Shown here piece after piece: positions 45,499-56,285 of a stretch of DNA of 64,000 bases. Below the pieces are notes generated by a model. The model had not been told where the DNA came from. It searched no databases and saw nothing but the letters and a program-made list of their open reading frames with translations. Position numbers and translations under genes: made by a program. This DNA comes from Rebecca billardiae RCC1528 (Eukaryota; Protista; Haptophyta). Position 1 is the stretch's first letter; the number at the start of each line of letters is the position of its first letter. The stretch spans positions 1,922,001 through 1,986,000 of the forward strand of contig OZ251223.1 in assembly GCA_965240325.2 (NCBI GenBank), written 5' to 3'.

Positions 45499-46722
45499 AT
45501 GGCGGCGAGCGCACCGTCGCCTCAGCTGAATCGGCGGTGTTACGTGGATGGTTGCGGAGCCCTGAGTGACGCTGTCCACCCCCTTACCGACGAGCAGGAG
45601 GAGGAACTGCGCGGGCTCGCGCGCCGATACCCTCCTCTCGGCGACAGCGACGTCGAGGAGCTCTCGCAGCCGAGCTCTGCTGGCACGGCGCTGTACACGT
45701 GCGGCGCACACGCGGGTCGTGCGCTCGGTCATGTGGGCAAGCGGGTGCTCTTATTCCCGTCCGCCAGCTCGGCGGAGGGCGGCTCCGCTTCGTTGGGCGA
45801 CGCTACCTCGCCCCGCCTCGCCGAAGTGGGCCAGGTCCGGCGTCTGGCGATGCCCGCAGAGGGGCGCGAACCCGAGCACGATACTCGGCATGCATCGACG
45901 CGTCGTGGTGTTGCCACAGCGGCTGCGGAGACCGCGCGGATGGGCGAGCTGCTGAGGGAGAGCGCGATCGACCGGCTCTTCCCCGAGGAGGACACCCCCT
46001 ACGTCGTTGCTCTTTACGACGATGACAGCCTTGGCGTGTTCGATGCGGCACACGAGCCGCCGCCGTCCTCTGCCCGGGAGCGCGTGCTGCGCTTGGGTGA
46101 GTTGGAGTCGGCGCACCAGGCGTACGTCCATGCCTCGGCGCTTGTCCAGCGCGCGCTCCGGCACGAGCGAAACGTGGAACGCGAAGCCCTGCAGGCCGAG
46201 CGGCAGGCGGCGGCGGCCGAGTCGAGGCGCTGGCGGATGGAGGTCGAGGCAGAGGCTGACCCCGCGCAAGAGCGCCTGAGTCCGGCAGCAAGGGACATTC
46301 TAGCTATCACGCTGGCAGAGGCCCATGCCGAGCTCGCCCGGCGCGAGAGGTCATGGTGGCCGTCGTCGCTCACACCTCGGGTCCCCGTGCTGACGCGCGG
46401 GGTCGCGCCTGGCTACGCGCAGCTCTGCCAGCTCATGACTCGTGCGCCACTGCCTGCCACGCCGAGCGGCTTCAGCGGCGTGCACCCACAGGCGCTGGGC
46501 GGCGCGTACCATCCTGAGCTTGCCTCGTTATGCGGGCTGCCCGGTGACGGAGTCGGCCCGACGTCCGCGCACGGCGCGCTGGTCTGCAGCGAGCTGAGCG
46601 GGGCCGCGCGACGCCCTCCGTCACGTCGTCACGTTGCTACGCAGACTGGCGACAGCAGAGGAGCGCTCCTCCAACTGCTCATCCGATTCGGGTTCGTCAA
46701 GACGATTCGTGCGAGAGTCTGA
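45499..46722 (+). CDS. Hypothetical protein with THAP-like C2CH motif
   Basis: CYVDGC-x~50-CGAH and a coiled-coil segment; no other recognisable domain. Confidence 0.45.
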   Translation: MAASAPSPQLNRRCYVDGCGALSDAVHPLTDEQEEELRGLARRYPPLGDSDVEELSQPSSAGTALYTCGAHAGRALGHVGKRVLLFPSASSAEGGSASLGDATSPRLAEVGQVRRLAMPAEGREPEHDTRHASTRRGVATAAAETARMGELLRESAIDRLFPEEDTPYVVALYDDDSLGVFDAAHEPPPSSARERVLRLGELESAHQAYVHASALVQRALRHERNVEREALQAERQAAAAESRRWRMEVEAEADPAQERLSPAARDILAITLAEAHAELARRERSWWPSSLTPRVPVLTRGVAPGYAQLCQLMTRAPLPATPSGFSGVHPQALGGAYHPELASLCGLPGDGVGPTSAHGALVCSELSGAARRPPSRRHVATQTGDSRGALLQLLIRFGFVKTIRARV

Positions 46723-46908
46723 AATGGAGTGGAGCTCGGCAGCTCGGCCATACAATTTTATTTCCGAAACGCGCCGAGGCTGGGGTGAAACGCTCTCGGT
46801 GTTCAACTTCGTGTCGTCTCACGTCCGAGTGGTCACCCGTGGGCCGGCGAGCGTGCATCCCGCGCGACCGAGCGCAAAACGAGCGATCGTCCGAGCGCGT
46901 GCAACGAG

Positions 46909-49900
46909 ATGAGTGGCGCCGAGTCCAAGGCAGTGCAGGTGGTGGTGCGCCTCCGCCCGCTGAACGAGAAGGAAAGCCGCGGCTCGACGCTGCCGGTGGT
47001 GACGGCATCGACGGACAAGTCGGAGGTGTGCATCTGCCGCGGCTCGGGCAACCGGCAGCTCAAGCAGGCGTTCTCGTTCGACAAGGTGTTCACGAGCTTC
47101 ACCTCGCAGCAGGAGGTCTTTGACCAGACCTTCGTGCAGCAGGGCATCATCGACGACGTGCTCCGCGGCTACGAGTCCACCGTCTTTGCGTACGGTCAGA
47201 CGGGCACGGGCAAGACGTTCACGATGGAAGGCGAGCTGGCGAGCGAGGAGCTGCGCGGCGTGATCCCGCGCGCGACGGCGGAGATCTTCGAGCGGCTCTC
47301 GCGCACCGAGTGGTACGAGGTCAAGGCGTCGTACCTCGAGATATACTGCGAGGAGCTGTGCGACCTGCTGCACACGGGCGAGGGCGCTGAGCCCAAGCTC
47401 GCCATCCACGAGGACCGCGGCGACGGCAAGGGGCGGCGCGGCAAGGGCATGTTCGTGCAGGGCCTCTCGGAGAGCATGGTGCGCGACGAGCGCGAGGTGC
47501 AGGAGCTCATCCGCCACGCGACCGAGCGCCGCCGCGTCGGCGAGACCAAGATGAACGCGCGCTCCTCGCGCTCGCACTGCATCTTCACGCTCTCCGTCCA
47601 TTCCAAGACGAGGCTGGAGGACGGGGCGATGATCGACTCGTCGGGCAAGCTGCACCTCGTCGACCTGGCGGGGTCGGAGTGCGCGAAGAGTTGCACGATG
47701 GGCGGCGCGAGCGACTCGGCGCGCGAGCGCGAGCGCAAGAACATCAACCAGTCGCTGCTCACGCTCGGGCGCGTGATCGCTGCGCTGCGAGACGGCTCGG
47801 GCGCGGCGCACGGCCCGGCCCACATTCCGTACCGCGACTCCAAGCTGACGCGGCTGCTGCAGGAGTCGCTCGGCGGGCGTTGCAAGACGTGCATCATCGC
47901 GACGCTCTCGCCCTCCGCCCTCGCCGCCGACGAGTCGCTCTCCACGCTGCAGTACGCGCAGATGGCGATGGGGATCACCAACAAGCCGGTCGCGATGTCC
48001 TACCTCAAGCTGGGCGAGGGCGCGGCCGGCGCGGCCGGCGGCGGCGGCGGCGGCGGCGTGGGCGGCTCGATCGAGGAGTGGAGCAAGATGGAGATGCGGC
48101 TGGCGTACATGGAGTCGCAGGTCGCCGAGGCGCAGTCCGCCCTCGCGCGCAAGCACGCCGCGCTCAGCGAGGCCGAGGCGCGCGCGGACGGCGCCGAGGC
48201 GCGCGCCGCGCTCACGGCGCAGCAGCTCGAGGAAGCCAACACTGAGCTCGGCGCCGAGCGCGAGCGCGCGGCGGCGCTCGAGTCGGAGCGCGACGCGGCG
48301 CGCGAGGAGGCGGCGCGGCGCGCGCGCGTGCTCGCCGCCACGCGGCGCACCGAGGCCAAGCTCACCGCCGAGGCGCGCGCCCTCATCGCCGCCCTCCGCC
48401 ACTCAGTCGACGGTAGCGCCGCTCTGGAGCGCGCGCTCGCCGCGGCCGCGGCCGACGATGGCACGAGGCGCGAGCGCTCGCGCGCGTTCGCCGAGGCGGC
48501 GGCGGCGGCGCTCGACGCGCTGCGCAGCTCGGGGGACGAGCACGCGGGCACGCTCGCGCAGCGCGCGCGCGACGCGGCCGACGCCCTGCGCACCGAGTTG
48601 GACGGCGCGCGCGCCCGCGCGCGCGAGGTGGCGGCCGCGGCGCGCGCCGCCGCCGAGCGCTCGCGCGCACACGCAGACGAGGGCGTCGCTGCGACGCAGG
48701 AGGCGGCGGCGGCGGCGGCGGCGGCTCGCGCCGAGGAGGCGGAGCGCGTGGCGAGCGCGCACGACGCGCTCGCCGCCGCGCTCGCCGAGAACATCGACGC
48801 GGCGCGCGCCGCGGTCGGCGCCGCGGAGACGGCTGCCGCCGATCACTCTGCCGCTACTGAGGCCTGGGCGGAGGCGCGCTCGGCCGCGGCCGCCGCGGCC
48901 ACGCGTCAGGTGTTGGCGTTGGCGCGCGCGCAGGAGGAGGCGGAGGACGCCGCGGCGGAGCGCGCCGCCGCCGACGTCGACGCCCTGCGCACTGCGCTGC
49001 GCGAGCACCGCGACGCGATCGGCTCGCACGCCGCCGCGCTCGGCGCGTGCCTCGACGCCCAGACCGCCGCGGTGCGCGCAGCCGAGGAGGGCAGCGGTGC
49101 GCGCCGCGCGGACGCGCACGCGCGCGCTCAGGCGGTGGAGGCGCGCGCCAAGGCGATCGACGACGCGCTCGCCGAGCACGCGCGCACGCGCGCGGACGCC
49201 ACGCTCGGCGCCGCGCTCGGCGCCGCCGCCGACGCCGCCTCCGCCGGCGACCGCGCCCTGGGCCAGGCCCTGGCCGCAGCGGCCGCGGCACTGGACGGCG
49301 CGGCCGCGGCGTGCGCAGAGGGCTGCCTAGAGGAGGCGGCGCGCGCCGCGCTGGCGGAGTCGCACGCCGCAGGCACCGCCGCCGCCGAGTCCGCTGCCGT
49401 CGCGCTGCGCGAGCAGACCGCCGCCCTGGGCGCCACGCGCGCGCGGCTCGAGGCCTGGCTCCACTCGGCGGCGGCGCGCGAGACGGCCGCCGTGGACGAG
49501 CTGATGACGGGCGTACGCGCTCTGGCCGAGAGCAAGCTTGGCGCGCTGCGTGAGGCGGCCGCGGCCGAGCTCACGCACGTGAGCGGCTGCGTCGAGCAGG
49601 CGGAGGGCGCCGTCGAGAAGCTCGCCGAGGGCGTGCGCGGCGCGGCGACCACGCGCGCCACCGAGGCCGCCGCCATCGACGCCACCCTCGGCGCGTGGGG
49701 CGAGAGCACGCGCGCGGCCGCCACCGCGCTCGGCGCGGGCGGCCGCGCGGCCGAGGGCGCGCGCGAGGGCGCGGCCGAGGCGCACGCGCGCGTGCAGACA
49801 GCCCACGCCGAGACGCGCGCCGCGCTGCAGGCGTGGAGCAGCACGGACGACACGGCCGCGGCTGCGCTCGCGCACACGGCCGCCACGCTACGCGAGGACG

Positions 49901-51204
49901 AGTCCGCGCGCGCCGCCGCCGATGGCGCGCGCGACCGCTCGGACGAGGCAGCCCTCGACGGCGCGCGCGCGCTGCTGCACCAGCTCGGCGTGGCGCGCGA
50001 CGCGTGCCCGCAGCTCGCGGCAGCCGCGTCCGAGGCCGATGTGCAGACGGCCGCGCTGGGCGAGCGCGCGCGCGGCGCGCGCGACGGCTCGCGGCTCGCG
50101 GCGCGCGCGCTCGGCGCAGCCATCGAGGAGGGGGCGAGCGCGGAGGCCGAGTCGACGCGCGCTCTGGTCGAGGCGGGCGCCGCGCCGCTGCAAGAGGCGC
50201 ACGCGGCCGCTGACGCGGCGCGCAGCGCCATCGACGGCGCCGCGGCGGCCGCGCGTGACGCCGCCGCCGCGGAGCAGGCGGCGTTTGCCGCCGCGGCCGA
50301 CGCCGCGGCCGCGCAGTGGGGCCAGCTCGCGAGCGCGGGCGCCACCAAGGCTGAGGCCCTCGCCTCTGCGCTCGACGAGACAATGGCCGACGCGGCCGCC
50401 GCCCTGGAGGGCGTGCATGGCGCGTGCGGCCGCGCGCGCGACAGCGCGCACGGCGCACTGGACGAGTGCGCGGCCGCCGCGCGCGCGCACGCGGAGCAGG
50501 CCGGCGCGAGCTGCGGCGCGCTCCACGGCTCCGTCGACGCCGCCGCGCGCGATATCTGGCGCACGCACGAGCCCGTGCCGCCGCCGCCCACCGCTCCGCC
50601 CGTCGCCTTCTCAGAGGCCCTCTCTGCCACGCCGGCGGAGGAGCAGCTGCTGGGCCGCCCCGCGGCCGCGGACGACGAGAGCGACGGGTGCGACACGCCG
50701 GCGGCCGACGCACTCGCGCCGCCGACGGCGGCCGACGCAGACGCGGGCGCCGAGCCTGTGGCGCCCGCCGACGCGCGATCATCGGCAGATGCGACCGCAG
50801 CGCCGACGGTGCGCGCGGCGCGCGCGCGCGGAGAAGCGCAGCGCGGCCCCTGCACTGCTCACACACGTCAGCTCACCGCCGCGGCCCCGCCTTCCCGGCT
50901 GCCTGCCCGCCCCGCCTGCCGCCCACAGGCTGTGCAGCGATCGGGCTCGAGCATTGCAGCCGACGCCGCCCTGGTGGCCGTCGAAGCCGCCGCGGCCAAG
51001 GCTCTGCCAGCGCAGCGCACCGGGCGCGCGCGTGACGGTGCGCGCCGAGCGCGCAGGCTGGGCGCCCGGCCCATCGGCAAGCGCGGCAGCTCGGGATGGC
51101 TGGTCGAGCCATCACGACCTGCCGGGCGGCGCGCCATCGCACGCGCGTTGGTAACGTCTGCGTGCTCACCGCACCCATGTGCTTCCCCAACCCGCGCCCG
51201 CTGA
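46909..51204 (+). CDS. Kinesin-5 (BimC/Eg5 family); probable in-frame intron 50809-50928
   Basis: VQVVVRLRP, FAYGQTGTGKTFTMEG, ETKMNARSSRSH, LVDLAGSE, INQSLLTLGRVI, HIPYRDSKLTRLLQESLGGRCKT; long Ala-rich coiled coil. 3' end uncertain. Confidence 0.9.
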   Translation: MSGAESKAVQVVVRLRPLNEKESRGSTLPVVTASTDKSEVCICRGSGNRQLKQAFSFDKVFTSFTSQQEVFDQTFVQQGIIDDVLRGYESTVFAYGQTGTGKTFTMEGELASEELRGVIPRATAEIFERLSRTEWYEVKASYLEIYCEELCDLLHTGEGAEPKLAIHEDRGDGKGRRGKGMFVQGLSESMVRDEREVQELIRHATERRRVGETKMNARSSRSHCIFTLSVHSKTRLEDGAMIDSSGKLHLVDLAGSECAKSCTMGGASDSARERERKNINQSLLTLGRVIAALRDGSGAAHGPAHIPYRDSKLTRLLQESLGGRCKTCIIATLSPSALAADESLSTLQYAQMAMGITNKPVAMSYLKLGEGAAGAAGGGGGGGVGGSIEEWSKMEMRLAYMESQVAEAQSALARKHAALSEAEARADGAEARAALTAQQLEEANTELGAERERAAALESERDAAREEAARRARVLAATRRTEAKLTAEARALIAALRHSVDGSAALERALAAAAADDGTRRERSRAFAEAAAAALDALRSSGDEHAGTLAQRARDAADALRTELDGARARAREVAAAARAAAERSRAHADEGVAATQEAAAAAAAARAEEAERVASAHDALAAALAENIDAARAAVGAAETAAADHSAATEAWAEARSAAAAAATRQVLALARAQEEAEDAAAERAAADVDALRTALREHRDAIGSHAAALGACLDAQTAAVRAAEEGSGARRADAHARAQAVEARAKAIDDALAEHARTRADATLGAALGAAADAASAGDRALGQALAAAAAALDGAAAACAEGCLEEAARAALAESHAAGTAAAESAAVALREQTAALGATRARLEAWLHSAAARETAAVDELMTGVRALAESKLGALREAAAAELTHVSGCVEQAEGAVEKLAEGVRGAATTRATEAAAIDATLGAWGESTRAAATALGAGGRAAEGAREGAAEAHARVQTAHAETRAALQAWSSTDDTAAAALAHTAATLREDESARAAADGARDRSDEAALDGARALLHQLGVARDACPQLAAAASEADVQTAALGERARGARDGSRLAARALGAAIEEGASAEAESTRALVEAGAAPLQEAHAAADAARSAIDGAAAAARDAAAAEQAAFAAAADAAAAQWGQLASAGATKAEALASALDETMADAAAALEGVHGACGRARDSAHGALDECAAAARAHAEQAGASCGALHGSVDAAARDIWRTHEPVPPPPTAPPVAFSEALSATPAEEQLLGRPAAADDESDGCDTPAADALAPPTAADADAGAEPVAPADARSSADATAAPTVRAARARGEAQRGPCTAHTRQLTAAAPPSRLPARPACRPQAVQRSGSSIAADAALVAVEAAAAKALPAQRTGRARDGARRARRLGARPIGKRGSSGWLVEPSRPAGRRAIARALVTSACSPHPCASPTRAR

Positions 51205-51999
51205 AATCTCGCGCGCGCGCCTCCCGTGCCGAGCGCAGGCGAGAACACGCCGCCGAACGGCTCTCCTCGTCGCGCGTCACGCTCCCCCGCGCCGCTCGGC
51301 CCGAAGAACTCGTCCAGTCACGCGCACGCAGACCGACCAGATTCGCGCGGCGGGAAGACGGCGGGAGTGACGAGCAAGATCCCTGGCTTTGGCAAGGGCC
51401 GGCCGGCGTCGGCCAAGGTGGGGCACGCGCGGCCATGATTCATCATGATACGGGACCACGTCGCGCGATGACTACACGACGACGATCTTCAAGTTCATCT
51501 TTGTCAAGCGCAGCGGCGCCCATCGTCATAACAACTGCTCGCTGATCTAATCGTAGTCGTATAATCAGGCATCAGCAGCAAGTTATTCGTAACATCCTCG
51601 TCGCTATTGATGATACTAGTAATACTGTACTACCGGTACTGAGTTTGAGACGCGCCGCACTCGCGGCCGCGGCGACGGCACTACCAGTACCAGTCGGGGC
51701 TGATGAATTCCGAACTCGGACTGAAATAAGTATTCGCTGTAGCCCGTAATATCGTGCTGTGACGACGACGTATCACTGCTGCAGCATGAATTCAAGCAGA
51801 CGTATTCTAAGCATCAGTAGTTACGGTCCGAATAGTCCGCGTGTCAGACCGGCGCAGACTGAGTCCTGTGCGCTGAGCGGAGCACGGCCGTGTGGTTATT
51901 CACACACTGACGTGATTCTCGGCACCCGGCCTGGCGCTCTGCCCTGGGCCTGGCGCACGCCAGGGTGCCATGCCCTCACAGCCGGCTGTAGCACGATCA

Positions 52000-52797
52000 T
52001 CACGACTTCCACCCCTTCGTCAGCTGGCCGTCGTAGTAGGCCATGTAGTCGCTGTACGCCTCGTTGAGCGAGTCGGAGCCTTCGCTGGGCAGCACGATGT
52101 CGAGAGGCCTGAGCACGGCCGTCTCGAGGTGCTCCTGCTCGCGGTGCGAGCGCGGGTCCCGCTGCGCGGCGGCTGTCAGCATGATCTGCAGGACGTCGCC
52201 ATGCGCGACCAGCAGCACGACCCAAGGTGCCGACTCGGCCGGCAGTGTCTGCTCGATCTCGGAGAGGAGCTTGCACGTGCGCTTGGCGACCGAGTTGACG
52301 CGCTCCACGTTGAAGTCCACGTGGTTCGCGTCGCGCGCGTCCGAGAGCCAGACGCGCTTGTAGTTGTCCACGCTCGTGCCGTCAAAGTCGCCGAACCAGC
52401 GCTCGCGAAGCCGTGTGTCGGGCACGACCCCGTCGCGGAAGCACGACGCAGCGTGAGAGGCTGCTGCCTGCGTGAACGCAATCTCAGCCGTCTCCTGGGC
52501 ACGCAGGAAATCGGATGTGAAGATCGCCGTGTGCCTGCCCTTGCATACCTCGGCGAACGCGCTCGCCGCACGAGCGGCCTGCTCCCGGCCCTCATCCGAC
52601 AGCCCGTGCTCGCGCGTGGCACGCTGTGGGTCGGACGAGATGATGCCCTCCACGTTTGCCAGTGACTGCCCATGCCGCAGCACGTAGTACTCGTTCCGCG
52701 GTGCTGTCGCGGCGGTGAAGGCGATGAGCCCGCGGCGGAGCATGCCCGGACGCGCAATCGATGGAAGAGCGCCTTTCATCGCTCGGCGAAGCTGCAT
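52000..52797 (-). CDS. Histidine phosphatase / phosphoglycerate mutase family protein
   Basis: YYVLRHGQS, TSDFLRAQETA, LRERWFG, VAHGD; transit-peptide-like N-terminus. Confidence 0.88.
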   Translation of the reverse strand: MQLRRAMKGALPSIARPGMLRRGLIAFTAATAPRNEYYVLRHGQSLANVEGIISSDPQRATREHGLSDEGREQAARAASAFAEVCKGRHTAIFTSDFLRAQETAEIAFTQAAASHAASCFRDGVVPDTRLRERWFGDFDGTSVDNYKRVWLSDARDANHVDFNVERVNSVAKRTCKLLSEIEQTLPAESAPWVVLLVAHGDVLQIMLTAAAQRDPRSHREQEHLETAVLRPLDIVLPSEGSDSLNEAYSDYMAYYDGQLTKGWKS

Positions 52798-53224
52798 CGC
52801 CAACCGCGGCGCGAGCCGCGAGGAGCCCGAAACCTCACGTCCCCTGCTGCTGAAGCGTAAAGCCGGTCGTCCTCCGAAGCCGCGTCCGGCGAGGTGACCC
52901 CACCCCGTGAGCAAGTCCGGGGGGTGAGGAGGCCTTTCGTGGGGGATCGAATCTCGTCCTGTCGTCCAGATCCGCTCTCGAAGGTCTTCCAGCGCAGGCA
53001 TCAGTAGCTTTTTGCGGCCAAATAGGCAAATACCGTATGTCCTCGGACGGACCAATGGGGTTCACCCGTGGACGGCGAGGGGATCTTCGGCCTAGCTTCC
53101 TCGCCATACAGTCATCAACATCGCAAGGAGCACGGCCCTGCTCATTATCCTCGGCAGGACTCAGGTCCGCGGCCAAGCTTCCTCGGCAGGCGACAACTCG
53201 TGCGGCGCCATCGCGTCGGCAGCG

Positions 53225-55398
53225 ATGCAAGCGATGCAGCCGATGCAGTACCTCGTGACCGTTCCAGAAGGGCTCGCGCCTGGCCAGCAGTTCATGGCCA
53301 CGTGCGGCGCGCAGATGGTCTCTGTGACTGTTCCGCCGGGCGTGGGCGCAGGGTCCCAGCTGGCAGTCAACGTCATGCAGCCAGTCATGCTCGACCCAGC
53401 GTCAGTGCCAGTGGCGATGCCGGCACCACCCCCCGCAGTCTCAGCCGCCGAGCCAGGGCTGGCGGCGCAGAGCTCTCCGGCGCAGCCGGCGCCGGTGGCG
53501 GGTGCATCTGGGGCGGCCTCCCAAGCGGCAAGTTTTCAGCAGGTCATGCCCGAGATGACGGCTGCGCAGAGCGCGGAGGCGGGGGAGGCAACAGCTGAGG
53601 GTGAGAACAAGGAGGAGCCGACAGCGCCGGCTCCCGTGTGGGACTCGACGTGGCAGCTCCTCTCCAGCCGCTTCCCGCGATCGCTCGGCTTCCTGGCGCT
53701 CGGGTTCATGCTCGTGCTGGTGGGCAAGACCATGCAGGAGGCGAACCGCCCGGCCGAGAGCGCGACCCTGTGGGAGGTCGCCACTTGCTGCTACGACCCG
53801 ATCAAAGTCAACTCCACCACCCAATGTGATTTATGGACTGGGCACTACGAGGGCCCGGGGATGGACTGCCCGGTGGGCTCCGCAAAGTCCACGGAGCAGT
53901 CCTGGGAGATCACATCTACGGCAGGCGGATTGCTCGTCGGCCGACCGTATTATCTGGTGCTGTACACGAGCGAGGGCGCAGATATCGTGCTGAAGTGGTC
54001 ACTACAGAACGCACGGGGCGCGTCACTCGTGCCAACCACGCGCGTCATCGTCTCGGCGGGAGGAAAGCGGCGTCAGCTCCTCGACGCGCAGCCGCTGCCG
54101 GCCGGCGCTATCACCAGGAGCGGCACCACCGAGCGCGAGCTGCTCAAGGGCGGCAGTGGCGGCGGCAGCAGCGGATCAAGCAGCGGATCAAGCGGCGGAT
54201 CAAGCGGCGGGTATGGGGGCCGATCGCGCGGAAGCTCCGGCGGAAGGAGCTCCTGGTCGTCGACAAGCTCACTGCGTAGCTATCGCGGGACCTCGTCCAA
54301 GACAGCGTTTGGCTCACGCTCCAGTGGCCACGTCAGGCAGGGCGCGGGAATGGGAGCCGTGTCGTCGAGGCGTAGGGCGAGGGGCCAGGATGACGACGAC
54401 GATCGCGGCAATTCTCAGGAGACCAGCGCCGAAGAGGATCTCGACCGGTGAGTGCCACGCACGCCTGGCGCCCACACCTTCGCAAAGCGAGGGACATTCT
54501 CCTGACTGATTCGGCGCGCGCGCGACGCCTGACCCGACCCTCTCGCCCTACAGCGCCGAGCTTACCGCGCCCACCTTCAAGGCTCCAGCTGGCGGCTATC
54601 CGCTCACTCTCACCGCCTCCGTGGACCTGACCCTGCCGACGTGGCGGGAACCTGGGGATCCGCCATTCCTCTACCTCGGCTTCTTCACCAAAGTGAGTGA
54701 CGGGCAGCTTGTGCTCGCGGACGTGGGCATTGCTTTGTGGGTCGTGGGCACCACTATCATCAGCCTGACGTTCCTCCTTCTGTTCCGCAGCAGCGGTCGA
54801 CTCAAGTCTTCGAACGACGATGGAGTCGAGTATTCGAACGGCAAAGGCGTCGATCGACCCAGGGGGCCGAAATCAAGGACGGCGTTTTTCGCTGTGTACT
54901 CATCGGCCATCTTCGCCACATTCACGGCGGGCATTGTGGCCGTCACGCAGTCATCGACCGTATCGGTGTGCGCCCCACCCCGGCAGCCGCTGCTACGGGC
55001 GCTCGCGTAGTGTCGCGCCTGCGCTCCCGCCCGCGCTGACCAGCTCTCCCAACCTCCACACCCCTCACGTGCAGAAAGTGTGCGGTGCGCTCTTCCTGTG
55101 CGCCGCAGTGTGCGCAACACCCGTCCTCCTGCAAGTAGCCAAACGGCAGGCGGTCGGGGGCGATGCAACGATCGTGGGCCGTGGAAAGAGTACCCGACTG
55201 TTGGCAACATTGACTGCTGCCGGCGTCGGGCTCACCCTTGTACTGTGCTTTGGTGTCGCTGTGAATGATGGTTCGTTGCTTTTCTACATTGGCGTGGGCG
55301 TTGGATTGGTCCTCACGTGCGCTTGCTGGGGCGCTGCGTGGCACGTCGGTGGCATCAAGGATGAGTACGTGCGACCGTCGAACGCAGCAGACGAGTAA
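53225..55398 (+). CDS. Hypothetical multi-pass membrane protein; introns 54448-54553, 54966-55074
   Basis: N-terminal VTVPxG..PG repeats, TM helix, Cys-containing and Gly/Ser-rich region, about five further TMs. Both GT-AG introns restore the frame. Confidence 0.7.
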
Positions 55399-55577
55399 TC
55401 TGTCCGCCGCTGTCTTGCTCCTTACCGCCGCAGCCTGAGGCTGAGCCTCGTCAGGCCTCATATAGTCGTAGCAGTATAATATATATAGTAGTGACGACCT
55501 GTTATTGTGAGACGCGGTTATTCCGATACGGGACCGTACGGTTAGCGGGTTAAGCCGAGTACCGGCTGACGCCGTCT

Positions 55578-56139
55578 CAGTGAGGCACTATCGCGGGCAA
55601 TAAGGAGCTGTCACGTTAAGATAAACTGGGGCTTGCTATCTGCGGATCTGGCCTAGAAACTGAGACTAGCGATTGGCTGGTTCGCTATACGCATAGTCAC
55701 ACCAAGAAATAAACCGGGACTATGTCGGAGTCGCGGCTGACCGGAGTGGTCCGCCGAGGCGCAGTGCCCGTGGGACCGGCGGCGGGCGGCCCGACTACGA
55801 CTACGAGTACAGGCCAAGGATTCCCGACGACTTCTCCTGATGACTGACTCCTGGCCACTGCGCGCAGCATCCATGCAACATCATGCCAGATTTGCTCCAA
55901 AATGGCCTAAATGTTTTCTTCGGCCTCGCCGGCCGGGCCTAAAGAGGCTAAAGACTCAGCGGGGGGCTCAGCCCCCCTGCCGGGCCTGCGCCCCCCGCGC
56001 CTGCGCGGCGGCGGGCGGACCTAGCTAAGAAACTGCGACTCCGTATTCCGTAAGCGGTCGGGCTACCGAACGGCTAATAAGAAACCGCTCCGAGACTAGC
56101 CGTGAGATCTCTGACTTCTTATTGCCCGCGATTGCCTGT
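55578..56139. mobile_element. Possible MITE with ~24-bp imperfect TIRs
   Basis: AGGCACTATCGCGGGCAATAAGGAG versus CTTCTTATTGCCCGCGATTGCCT. Confidence 0.5.
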
Positions 56140-56285
56140 GTCTCAGTCACCCGCGACCCGCCATCCGGGACCCGGCCGGACGGCCGGAGGCCAGACCACG
56201 GATTTATGATTATACCCGGATGACGAATTCATTTATTATAATATATATTAACGACGTGGTATGCAACGGGCAGGCAATATATATA

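Noticed and set aside
51695-51745. CTGATGA..GAAA hammerhead candidate
   Set aside because: Stem I does not pair in register and stems II and III are weak. CTGA words are common in these spacers.
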